Shown: positions 8,084 to 15,499 of the stretch, in pieces | Layout of the letters: each line of letters starts with the position of its first letter | Numbering within the stretch: the stretch's first letter is position 1 | Virus record (IMG/VR): IMGVR_UViG_3300027896_000025 | Reading direction: 5' to 3' (one strand) | DNA length: 20,354 bases | Origin: an uncultured virus (IMG/VR IMGVR_UViG_3300027896_000025) | Taxonomy: Duplodnaviria > Heunggongvirae > Uroviricota > Caudoviricetes | Notes under the pieces: model-generated | Told to the model about the DNA's origin: nothing | What the model saw: the letters and a program-made list of their open reading frames with translations, nothing else | Databases searched by the model: none | Program-made: the position numbers and the translations under genes

Positions 8084-8247
8084 AAGTAGTTTGGAGTTAT
8101 TCAGAAGATCTGTTATTTGATAAGTTATTATTTAAATACAAAGATAAGATGGGGTATTTGAGAGATACAATCGTTGGTTCACTAGAAGGTCAAATTGGAG
8201 ATCTTAGATCTGAAGTACTACGGTTGATATTTAATGAGGAGATATGA
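8080..8247 (+). CDS. EEL-family micro-ORF 10 (55 aa, MKVVW...IFNEEI)
   Basis: Hand-translated; ATGA overlaps; N-terminus resembles micro-ORF 9. Confidence 0.75.
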   Translation: MKVVWSYSEDLLFDKLLFKYKDKMGYLRDTIVGSLEGQIGDLRSEVLRLIFNEEI

Positions 8248-8429
8248 ATCCTGATCAACAAATTCAGAAGTTTTTTGATACAGAACTTTACGATGGGTTA
8301 ATAATTCAGTACGGCGAATCACGATTTGAAGAGATTTATAAAAAGTTTACTAATCAGATGAGAACCGTTAAACAGATTTATTTGACAGAGTTTGAGTTAA
8401 CTGTGGAAATGACTAAGGACGAAGTATGA
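8244..8429 (+). CDS. EEL-family micro-ORF 11 (61 aa, ends TKDEV)
   Basis: ORF track; ATGA overlaps. Confidence 0.75.
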   Translation: MNPDQQIQKFFDTELYDGLIIQYGESRFEEIYKKFTNQMRTVKQIYLTEFELTVEMTKDEV

Positions 8430-8576
8430 AAGAACTGAATACTAAACTTTATCTCTTATTGAAAAATAATACCGGATTTAGATTCAGAGATGTGAATTGG
8501 TTTTCACAACTGCACATTTTGAATTTTCAAATTAAAGATGAATTACACACTGAATTAGCTAAGGACGAAGTATGAA
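8413..8576 (+). repeat. perfect 18-bp direct repeat flanking micro-ORF 12
   Basis: CTAAGGACGAAGTATGAA at 8413-8430 and 8559-8576. Confidence 0.9.
8426..8575 (+). CDS. EEL-family micro-ORF 12 (49 aa, ends AKDEV)
   Basis: MKELNTKLYLLLKNNTGF...LNFQIKDELHTELAKDEV; 43 G+C in 150 nt by hand count. Confidence 0.75.
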   Translation: MKELNTKLYLLLKNNTGFRFRDVNWFSQLHILNFQIKDELHTELAKDEV

Positions 8577-8868
8577 TCTTGAGATTTTTGCTTTGACCTC
8601 AGCAATGTGTTTTTCGAATTACTCAGGACAGACTTGTACTAAAACTACTGAGGCGGCTTTAAAGTACGAAGGAATGTGGAACTACGCGGAACAATTAGGG
8701 AAGTATGCTAAAGAAATTTCAGGCGAAGTTCCAGCTTACATCGCCGCGATGAGCTACGAAGTCGCTAAGGAGAAAAAGATTCGCTTGACAACTCATGGTA
8801 ATATGTGTTACACTGTAGAAGTTAGTAAAGATTCTGGAGTTGCTAAAATAACTTGGAAGATTTGGTAA
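8572..8868 (+). CDS. hypothetical, possibly exported protein (98 aa)
   Basis: Hydrophobic N-terminus; C-terminal alternating strand ending in Trp. Confidence 0.65.
   Translation: MNLEIFALTSAMCFSNYSGQTCTKTTEAALKYEGMWNYAEQLGKYAKEISGEVPAYIAAMSYEVAKEKKIRLTTHGNMCYTVEVSKDSGVAKITWKIW
8785..8814 (+). promoter_or_regulatory. candidate sigma70 promoter embedded in CDS
   Basis: TTGACA (8785-8790), 18 bp, TGn-TACACT (8809-8814). Confidence 0.55.
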
Positions 8869-9191
8869 TGACACAACAGAGATACGACACAGCAGAGTTC
8901 ATGGTTAATAACAAAGAAGAGTTACTGAAAACTCTTGAACCAGATTTATTTCAGACATTGGATTGCCAGAATTGGTTCATAGAAAACTCAATTCGTATCA
9001 CATTTGACGAGCTATTTGAGGATCTAGTACAACATAAAATTACTTGGATGCTAGTTGATCAACTTGGAATTAGTATCGACGAAGCGTATTCAATCGTAAC
9101 TAAGAATTTCATAGCAGATTTATTTGGAGAAGAAGTCCTACAACCTCAGTTTTGGGACAAACGATACAAGGAGACCACATGCAGAGAATGA
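8868..9191 (+). CDS. hypothetical protein
   Basis: TAATG overlap gives start at ATG 8868. Confidence 0.7.
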   Translation: MTQQRYDTAEFMVNNKEELLKTLEPDLFQTLDCQNWFIENSIRITFDELFEDLVQHKITWMLVDQLGISIDEAYSIVTKNFIADLFGEEVLQPQFWDKRYKETTCRE

Positions 9192-9463
9192 GATATTCTA
9201 AACAAGACGACGGAACATTTCTGTCAAAAGATCAGTATCCAACTACTAAAGGGACGTTAGTAGTTCTTCTAATTGGAGATACAAAGTTTGAACTGTGCGA
9301 CGCTGTGACCGGAACGATCGTTGAAACTAAAACGATTGATACACCAAACTCGATTTACTTGCGTAGACTCGCCAAGAACACTCTGAAGAAGTTGATGGTT
9401 GAGTCAGTATTTGAAACTGAAACAAGAGTTAAGAAGTCTTCAGCTACGCCGGTAGTTCTATGA
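9179..9463 (+). CDS. hypothetical protein
   Basis: AAGGAG SD before ATG 9179 (alternative start 9188). Confidence 0.7.
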   Translation: MQRMRYSKQDDGTFLSKDQYPTTKGTLVVLLIGDTKFELCDAVTGTIVETKTIDTPNSIYLRRLAKNTLKKLMVESVFETETRVKKSSATPVVL

Positions 9464-9531
9464 TTTTAATAGCTGAAATAATATTTTTTGGTGGAATTCT
9501 AATCGCCGGGGTGTTGTTACTAAGTGACTGA
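9460..9531 (+). CDS. putative 23-aa membrane peptide MILIAEIIFFGGILIAGVLLLSD
   Basis: ATGA overlap; entirely hydrophobic. Confidence 0.45.
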   Translation: MILIAEIIFFGGILIAGVLLLSD

Positions 9532-9706
9532 TTGGTTCTGCTGTGTAGCGTCAGGGATGATGCTCACAGCCCTCCTTTACGCTGACTCACAGTTACATTC
9601 TGTGTACTTAAAGTTCCTTGAGATGCTATTTTTATCACTCTGGTTATCATCCGCTGATCGATTGTTAAGAAGGTGGAACCGTGGTTCTCGATCCAAATCT
9701 CTTTAA
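9524..9706 (+). CDS. small putative membrane protein
   Basis: Two hydrophobic segments and a basic tail. Confidence 0.5.
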   Translation: MTDWFCCVASGMMLTALLYADSQLHSVYLKFLEMLFLSLWLSSADRLLRRWNRGSRSKSL

Positions 9707-9932
9707 AGCGTCTGTGCCATTCATTAAACTCCTGTACGATAAAGAGATTCAGAAATCTCCACAACACGAAGTAATAACTTCAATTTCGCTAGTAAGTTAC
9801 GTTCCATTAGTCGCCGTAGCTCTTTGGGTGAAGAAGTTGTACGGTGCGACGCCAGAACTTGACGCTAAGATACCAGTACTCCTAGAGTTTTATAAGTACG
9901 ATTCTGTCCTTGACATTTCCGACGATAAGTAG
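9681..9932 (+). CDS. hypothetical protein (83 aa)
   Basis: GTG start after AAGGTGG. Confidence 0.65.
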   Translation: MVLDPNLFKASVPFIKLLYDKEIQKSPQHEVITSISLVSYVPLVAVALWVKKLYGATPELDAKIPVLLEFYKYDSVLDISDDK

Positions 9933-9938
9933 TACACT
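9910..9938 (+). promoter_or_regulatory. sigma70-like promoter, probably giving a leaderless mRNA
   Basis: TTGACA (9910-9915), 17 bp, TACACT (9933-9938); ATG at 9945 sits at the expected +1 and has no SD. Confidence 0.7.
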
Positions 9939-9944
9939 TATTAC

Positions 9945-10112
9945 ATGAAGCTGGGAAAAGTAGTCTGGGATCATAATAATGAAATTTTTTTCCATCGTCT
10001 TGATGATGACTTAAAATTAGAGGAATCTTATTTATTTCTTGAAAGATTCACAGATATCCAAAGTGAAAATTTATTTGTTATTCTTAAGGAAGAAATGGAA
10101 TTTCTAGAATGA
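9945..10112 (+). CDS. EEL-family-related micro-ORF 13 (55 aa, MKLGKVVW...KEEMEFLE)
   Basis: Shares VVW N-terminus with micro-ORFs 9/10; terminal motif diverged; ATGA overlap. Confidence 0.7.
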   Translation: MKLGKVVWDHNNEIFFHRLDDDLKLEESYLFLERFTDIQSENLFVILKEEMEFLE

Positions 10113-10273
10113 AGCCGGGGAAACAAATTCCTCTATTAATTAGTATAGTCAATAATAGTTTAGAACCTGCTTATAATGAGGGAAGATATTATTGGGAAAA
10201 AATTCAGAGACAACTCATTATGAGTGATGAAATGATAGCGCATGTATTAGATTTTATTGGGTACGAGTTATGA
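10109..10273 (+). CDS. EEL-family micro-ORF 14 (54 aa, MKPGKQI...IGYEL)
   Basis: Hand-translated; ATGA overlaps at both ends. Confidence 0.7.
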   Translation: MKPGKQIPLLISIVNNSLEPAYNEGRYYWEKIQRQLIMSDEMIAHVLDFIGYEL

Positions 10274-10485
10274 ACGAGTACATCTGCGAATATTGCGGAA
10301 ACGAATTTAAACACACCGGGTACTACAAATCCGAAGTTCGCTGTCCTAAATGTAATGATTCTCACGTTAAGCCAAAGAAACAGTACGAGAAACTTGATCA
10401 GTACGCTGATCAGAAGAAGCCCGACGCTTACATCTCACTTGAGGAAGAATTCCAACGATTAACAAAAAGGAACAAAGAAGAATGA
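10270..10485 (+). CDS. zinc-ribbon protein (FmdB-like)
   Basis: YICEYCGNEF...VRCPKC. Confidence 0.7.
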   Translation: MNEYICEYCGNEFKHTGYYKSEVRCPKCNDSHVKPKKQYEKLDQYADQKKPDAYISLEEEFQRLTKRNKEE

Positions 10486-10703
10486 TGAAGAAATTTTGTT
10501 ACTGGTTTGTTAGGTTGTTGAACGACGGCGTCCCTGGACGTAAAGAAACTTGGGAATCAGTCGATCTTAGAAAAAATGGTGCGAAAATTACCCAAGTAAT
10601 GGGCTGGTACGCGACTGGGATGGAAATTGAAGAAATCGCCGAAATGAACGAATGCACCAGAGAACGGATCAGACAGATGTTGATCAAAGGATGCAGGAAA
10701 TGA
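10482..10703 (+). CDS. small sigma70 region-4-like HTH protein
   Basis: GMEIEEIAEMNECTRERIRQM matches the sigma region 4.2 pattern (EEI...TRERIRQ). Confidence 0.75.
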   Translation: MMKKFCYWFVRLLNDGVPGRKETWESVDLRKNGAKITQVMGWYATGMEIEEIAEMNECTRERIRQMLIKGCRK

Positions 10704-10855
10704 AACTTGCAGAGAAAGCGATAGAAGAATTGATTTACCAATGTAGTATTCTGATATTTTTAAATGATAATCCCAATTTAAATTTACCACAATCTAGAAT
10801 TAATGTTATCACTCGTATTAGAAATCTAATAACAAAAGGGTATTCCGATGTCTAG
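10700..10855 (+). CDS. hypothetical protein (51 aa)
   Basis: ATGA overlap; AT-rich like the adjacent HNH gene. Confidence 0.55.
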   Translation: MKLAEKAIEELIYQCSILIFLNDNPNLNLPQSRINVITRIRNLITKGYSDV

Positions 10856-11489
10856 ACAACTTTCAAAATACAAAACACATTCTAGAAAAAGAAATGGAGA
10901 GATTTCATATTTCCAAAGACTAGAAGGAAAAATTGAAATTGGCCAGATCTTTGATCAGTTAACAGTAATTGAAAAACTTGGTCATGAAAAGAAACAAAGA
11001 ACTACTATTTGGAAATGTCAATGTAATTGTGGAAATATAATTAAGATTCCATCAAGAGTATTGAGATTAAAAACAAGACATCGTAGCTGTGGTTGTCACA
11101 AAGGTAAAAATAATTTTTTCTCTTACTTAAATTGGATCAAATTAAATTACCAAAATAGCGCAAAAAAGCGACAATTAGTGTATACTTTAACAGATAAGGA
11201 ACTCCAATATTTAATAAAATCAAATTGTTATTATTGTGGCTCGAAACCTTCCAACCATATTCAAAATCGAAATCAGAAAAACGACGCTGGTCTTGACTAT
11301 AACGGGATCGATCGATTAAATAATTCAATGGGATATACTAATAATAACTGTGTTCCTTGTTGTAAAGAATGTAATTTTGCCAAATGGAATAAAACTGAAG
11401 AGGATTTTAAAGATTGGATAGATCGTTTAGTTAATTATCAGTTACAGATTTATCCTGAAAAATATCTTGGAGAATCAAATGAAGACTAG
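10848..11489 (+). CDS. HNH endonuclease (putative homing endonuclease), same subfamily as 2028-2588
   Basis: WKCQCNCG...SCGC, CYYCG, NGIDRLNNSMGY..NNCVPCCKECN. Confidence 0.85.
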   Translation: MSRQLSKYKTHSRKRNGEISYFQRLEGKIEIGQIFDQLTVIEKLGHEKKQRTTIWKCQCNCGNIIKIPSRVLRLKTRHRSCGCHKGKNNFFSYLNWIKLNYQNSAKKRQLVYTLTDKELQYLIKSNCYYCGSKPSNHIQNRNQKNDAGLDYNGIDRLNNSMGYTNNNCVPCCKECNFAKWNKTEEDFKDWIDRLVNYQLQIYPEKYLGESNED

Positions 11490-12612
11490 ACGATTATCTC
11501 ATTCATCAGTATCTCTTTTTTCGCAATGTGGAGAAAAATTCCGTTTACACTACGATGAGGGACTTCGTGAAAAAGTAGGGTCTTCTGCACTTCTTTTCGG
11601 ATCTGCTGTTGATAACACTCTGAATGAGTTACTAAAAGATAAACAACGTGAAGATGTTAAAAGCGTTAGTTATTACCAGAATAAATTTGAGAACAATTGG
11701 CTGATTGGTGAGATTAATAAACAAAAGATTGAAATGCCCGAAACTCTCGACGCGACGTACGCCGACTCCGACATGCAGTTTGATGTACTAAACACTACAG
11801 ATATCTCAAGATTAAAAAACTTCTTAATCAAAAATACAATTGAAACTGAAACTGGTAAAAATGACCGAGAATCTGTTGAAAAAACGTACGATAAAATTGC
11901 TGCGATTAAACGAGCAACAGGTATTGAAAACATGTACCAACCGTCAGCCCGATTCGTGAATCTGGCAAACTGGCTTTCCTTGAACCATAAAGGAAAAGCT
12001 ATGATCGAAACGTACTACAACAAGATTCTTCCCAGAATTACTAAAGTACTGTACGTTCAAGAAGTCGTGAATCTAGATAACGAAGAAGGAGATTCTGTAA
12101 TCGGATACGTGGATTTAGTAGCTGAGATTGACGGAGTTGTTCGGATCTTAGATAATAAAACATCTGCGCGTGAATATGATAAAGATTCCGCCAACATCTC
12201 AGCACAATTAGCAATTTATCGAAATGCGCTTCGCGATAGAGTTGATACTCCTCATGTTGGATTCATCGTGATGCGAAAAGGATTGAAACTCAATAAATCA
12301 AAATGCTGTTCAAAATGCGGAAATGATGGAACTGGGAATCGAGCTAGAACTTGTGACAAAGAAATTCGAGGAGAACGTTGTAAAGGAGAATGGATTGAAA
12401 CTGTTTCCCCAGAAGCGATAATTGAAGATTGCTTTGGAACAATAAATGAGTACTTTGAAACTCAAGTGATTGACAATTATGAGAATGTTCTTCATGCCAT
12501 TCGTAGTGAACAATTTTATAAGAACTGGACAGAATGTGTAAAACCGTACGGTCGTTGTCCGTACTACAATATTTGTCACACTGGTAAAGAAGAGAAACTA
12601 ATTAAAGTATGA
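11479..12612 (+). CDS. PD-(D/E)XK nuclease (AddB/Cas4-like exonuclease)
   Basis: LSHSS..LFSQC, GYVDLV...ILDNKTS, QLAIY, C-terminal C......CPY..IC; GGAG SD before ATG 11479. Confidence 0.88.
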   Translation: MKTRRLSHSSVSLFSQCGEKFRLHYDEGLREKVGSSALLFGSAVDNTLNELLKDKQREDVKSVSYYQNKFENNWLIGEINKQKIEMPETLDATYADSDMQFDVLNTTDISRLKNFLIKNTIETETGKNDRESVEKTYDKIAAIKRATGIENMYQPSARFVNLANWLSLNHKGKAMIETYYNKILPRITKVLYVQEVVNLDNEEGDSVIGYVDLVAEIDGVVRILDNKTSAREYDKDSANISAQLAIYRNALRDRVDTPHVGFIVMRKGLKLNKSKCCSKCGNDGTGNRARTCDKEIRGERCKGEWIETVSPEAIIEDCFGTINEYFETQVIDNYENVLHAIRSEQFYKNWTECVKPYGRCPYYNICHTGKEEKLIKV

Positions 12613-12794
12613 AACTGGCAACTAATAATCCTCTCATGAGATTTTTCTGGAATTTAGTTACTCCGATAAATAACTTTGCATTTGATTTTGTTAATCAAGA
12701 CATTCGAATGGATTTACGTTGGGAATTAAATAAAGCGAATCTGTCTGAAACTTACATGAGAGTTAAAGAAATGTTACGCGAGGAAGAATTGTGA
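12609..12794 (+). CDS. EEL-family micro-ORF 15 (61 aa, ends REEEL)
   Basis: ATGA/GTGA overlaps; V-NQD-I-RMD-L-RWE-L tetrad. Confidence 0.75.
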   Translation: MKLATNNPLMRFFWNLVTPINNFAFDFVNQDIRMDLRWELNKANLSETYMRVKEMLREEEL

Positions 12795-12979
12795 ACGATT
12801 TAATCTTCCTTTACATCATTGGATTTGCGATTTCATTGAGTATTTCATCATTCTCAATCCAAGGGTTGAAAGATTGGATTTCCTCAATTCTAATGTGTTT
12901 GTTCTGGCCGATTTGGACAATTTTCGTGATCAGTACGATTTTTCTTGCTATTTTAGTACAAATGTGGGAGAATAGATAG
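12791..12979 (+). CDS. small membrane protein
   Basis: Two hydrophobic helices, FWP motif. Confidence 0.7.
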   Translation: MNDLIFLYIIGFAISLSISSFSIQGLKDWISSILMCLFWPIWTIFVISTIFLAILVQMWENR

Positions 12980-12980
12980 T

Positions 12981-13286
12981 ATGGCAAAACCGAAAACAAT
13001 AAAACTTAAGACTGGACAGGCGACGCTGTCATTAATGAGTACCGAAGAGATGGCACCTTACGAAGCTGCTTTAAAAGTCGTTGATGGAGCGGTAACGACC
13101 GATATGGACAGCATAGCGTTGGGATTGAACCTCAATCCCGCAACCAAACTTTGGGAACTGTCCACTGTGAAGTTCAATTCGTCCACGTTGACAAGTACCG
13201 TCGAGTCAGTAAAAGTACTCACTGGATCGAAGAAATGGGCGGTTTCAGCATTGCTTCATGCGTTAGAAGAACTCAAACTAATTTAA
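12981..13286 (+). CDS. hypothetical protein (101 aa)
   Basis: GGGAG SD; no motif recognised. Confidence 0.7.
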   Translation: MAKPKTIKLKTGQATLSLMSTEEMAPYEAALKVVDGAVTTDMDSIALGLNLNPATKLWELSTVKFNSSTLTSTVESVKVLTGSKKWAVSALLHALEELKLI

Positions 13287-13294
13287 GGAGAACT

Positions 13295-13969
13295 ATGGCT
13301 ACTCAAATTATTACACAGTTAGTTAAAGTTATGAAGGACGTTGGCGGAGTTGGTAAGGATTCTACTAACTCTCAACAGGGTTATAAATTCCGTGGGATCG
13401 ACGCTTTGTTAAACGCAGTTCATCCGGCGTTGGTAAAGAACGGAGTTGTGATCATTCCTGAAGTTCTTTCGTCACAAGTTGAGTTTCGCGACGTTGTTCG
13501 TTCAAGTGGTAAGCCTGGAACTGATAAACATGTCCAACTTCGCGTGAAATTTACATTCATCGCTGAAGATGGCAGCTCAGTGTTAGCAGTTACAGAAGGT
13601 GAAGGTTTGGATTCTGGTGATAAAGCTACTAACAAAGCGATGAGCGGTGCGCTGAAGTACGCCCTAATACAAACTTTAAGTATTCCGACTGAGGATATGG
13701 AAGACGCAGATCGAACCAGTCCAGTACTCGAAACAAAGATTCAACCTCCATCACAGGAAAAAAGTTTTAAAGCCCCGGTCGCTACCCCCGAAGCACCGGC
13801 GGCTAAGACCGGCGGGTCAGGTGTCCCCTCCCAGACGACTTCAGCACCTAGTAGCAGCAATGCTCCTCGCCGGTCCACTAGTTTCCGTAACCGTGCTCCA
13901 GCAGCACCAGCACCGACTCCAGAAAAAAAGCCTGAAGTTAAGTCCGGCGCGATTGACGAGTGGAGTTGA
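13295..13969 (+). CDS. erf: ERF-family single-strand annealing recombinase
   Basis: KD..N.QQGYKFRGID, GEGLDSGDKATNKAMSGALKYAL; Pro/Ala/Ser-rich tail; AAGGAG SD before ATG 13295. Confidence 0.88.
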   Translation: MATQIITQLVKVMKDVGGVGKDSTNSQQGYKFRGIDALLNAVHPALVKNGVVIIPEVLSSQVEFRDVVRSSGKPGTDKHVQLRVKFTFIAEDGSSVLAVTEGEGLDSGDKATNKAMSGALKYALIQTLSIPTEDMEDADRTSPVLETKIQPPSQEKSFKAPVATPEAPAAKTGGSGVPSQTTSAPSSSNAPRRSTSFRNRAPAAPAPTPEKKPEVKSGAIDEWS

Positions 13970-13971
13970 AC

Positions 13972-14343
13972 ATGATTGACCAACCAAAACCCAAGCAAGA
14001 AACTCCAGTAGAAGTTGAAGCTGCGGCTCGAACGTTCACGTTGACTCGTCCGGTGTTTGAAAAGAAGATCCAAGATCTTTCTTTGAAATCAGCGAAACGA
14101 GTTTTGAAAGCAGTTGTTGAGTTTCCATTGAACGATGACAAGGATACAATGTTAGTTCATCGTGATGAGTTGGAGTTGTTCCAGTTGGCAATGGAGTTGA
14201 TGGAAGCTAAAGTTAAGATGATTGAGTACTCAGTACAACAGCGACAGCAACAGGAAGATACAAAAGCTACACAGCCTGTTGTTGAAATTGAGAAACCAGT
14301 AACAGAACCGACAGCTACAACTGAGGAACTAAAAGTTGAGTGA
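13972..14343 (+). CDS. hypothetical protein
   Basis: GGAG SD before ATG 13972. Confidence 0.7.
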   Translation: MIDQPKPKQETPVEVEAAARTFTLTRPVFEKKIQDLSLKSAKRVLKAVVEFPLNDDKDTMLVHRDELELFQLAMELMEAKVKMIEYSVQQRQQQEDTKATQPVVEIEKPVTEPTATTEELKVE

Positions 14344-14407
14344 TAGCTCAGATGACATGGAGTCACAAAGTGGACTTCTTGAGGATTATTTAGAAAGGAA
14401 AAAGAAG

Positions 14408-14656
14408 ATGGCAAAGTACAGAAATATTGGTAGTATTTGTAAGGCGAAAGATGGAAAAGGTAACTACTTGAAGATTACCGAAGATGTTGTGTTGAAGAAG
14501 GGACAGATTCTTTCACTAGTCGATCCGCGAACACTTGGCGACGAGTTGCTTGCTAAGGGTTTGATTAATGAGGAAGTCGCTGAGAAGATGCGTGAATCTG
14601 GACTTAAGACACCGAGTTTCGTCCGTTTCAACGTTCAAGTTAAGAACGAGGCGTAA
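14408..14656 (+). CDS. hypothetical protein
   Basis: AAGGA before ATG 14408; frame is open from TTG 14336, so start uncertain. Confidence 0.65.
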   Translation: MAKYRNIGSICKAKDGKGNYLKITEDVVLKKGQILSLVDPRTLGDELLAKGLINEEVAEKMRESGLKTPSFVRFNVQVKNEA

Positions 14657-14847
14657 TGTTTAAGTACGGCGATAAGATTATAGTAACTCAAAAAGGATTT
14701 TACGAAGATCAACGAGGAATAGTTATTTCTTATCGACAAGCAATGTATGGAAAACACCCAGTTGAAAATAGAAATATCATTGAGTACTTAATTAAACTTC
14801 CATTCAGTGATATTTGGATAAGTGAACTTAATTTAGAGGAGAAGTAA
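14656..14847 (+). CDS. small SH3/KOW-like hypothetical protein
   Basis: FKYGDKI..TQKGFY.DQRG.V pattern; TAATG overlap. Confidence 0.6.
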   Translation: MFKYGDKIIVTQKGFYEDQRGIVISYRQAMYGKHPVENRNIIEYLIKLPFSDIWISELNLEEK

Positions 14848-15050
14848 TGTTTTACTCTCAGTACTCAGGTAAGTTATTTGGTCCTGGAATTAAACCAGTA
14901 CTAATCGCGATTGAAACTCGTCCAAAGACGTACTTCAATAAAAAGGGCTTCGAGATCGCTAAAGGATTTGAGACGGTTAAAGAGATCAGAGTCGCGAGAT
15001 CAGAAGTTGAAGTAGTACTAAAGGAGTTAAATGCTACGCGCCAGAATTAA
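14847..15050 (+). CDS. hypothetical protein (67 aa)
   Basis: GAGGAG SD; TAATG overlap. Confidence 0.7.
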   Translation: MFYSQYSGKLFGPGIKPVLIAIETRPKTYFNKKGFEIAKGFETVKEIRVARSEVEVVLKELNATRQN

Positions 15051-15183
15051 ACTGTTTTTCCATTGTTTATTCCATCTTCATCGAAGCTTCATCGCTTCTG
15101 ATTCCGAAGGACCATTTTATATGGCTTGCGACGATTGTGACAGAACACCTTGGTCAAGAGAAAGTTATAGGCTTTACCGATGA
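15031..15183 (+). CDS. small Cys/His protein (50 aa, MLRARIKLFFHCLFHLH...CDDC...)
   Basis: AAGGAG SD; ATGA overlap with 15180; not in ORF track. Confidence 0.6.
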   Translation: MLRARIKLFFHCLFHLHRSFIASDSEGPFYMACDDCDRTPWSRESYRLYR

Positions 15184-15491
15184 ACACCATGAAGATTGGC
15201 GATCCAGTTGAGTTGCGAAGTAGGACGATTCGGTTCTTCATTAAGAACTTGGGAGTTCTGTACTTCAAACCAGAATCTCATGAGTTTGAGATGAAATACC
15301 TTGAGGAAGCTGGAGTTTTGATTTCAGCGTTTCTTAAGAAAGCTGACTCTCCAAAAGGGAAGATTGTTGGCTACGGAGCTAGAATTGATAACACGAAAGA
15401 TAGGTACATTGTAGTAACTGTTAAAAATAAGATGGGAAAAATTGAGTCGTTGGCGCTCCAGGAGCGAGATGTTATTAAACTGAAAAAGTAG
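15180..15491 (+). CDS. hypothetical protein (103 aa)
   Basis: ORF in coupled run. Confidence 0.65.
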   Translation: MNTMKIGDPVELRSRTIRFFIKNLGVLYFKPESHEFEMKYLEEAGVLISAFLKKADSPKGKIVGYGARIDNTKDRYIVVTVKNKMGKIESLALQERDVIKLKK

Positions 15492-15499
15492 GAGGCTCG

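Noticed and set aside
8244..8575. KDEV/KDEI/xEEL tails as eukaryotic KDEL ER-retention signals
   Set aside because: Context is a prokaryotic virus (SD motifs, sigma70 promoters) and the peptides have no signal sequences; treated as coincidence.
11479..12612. Calling the nuclease cas4 of a CRISPR system
   Set aside because: No array or other cas genes; it is next to ERF in a recombination module.
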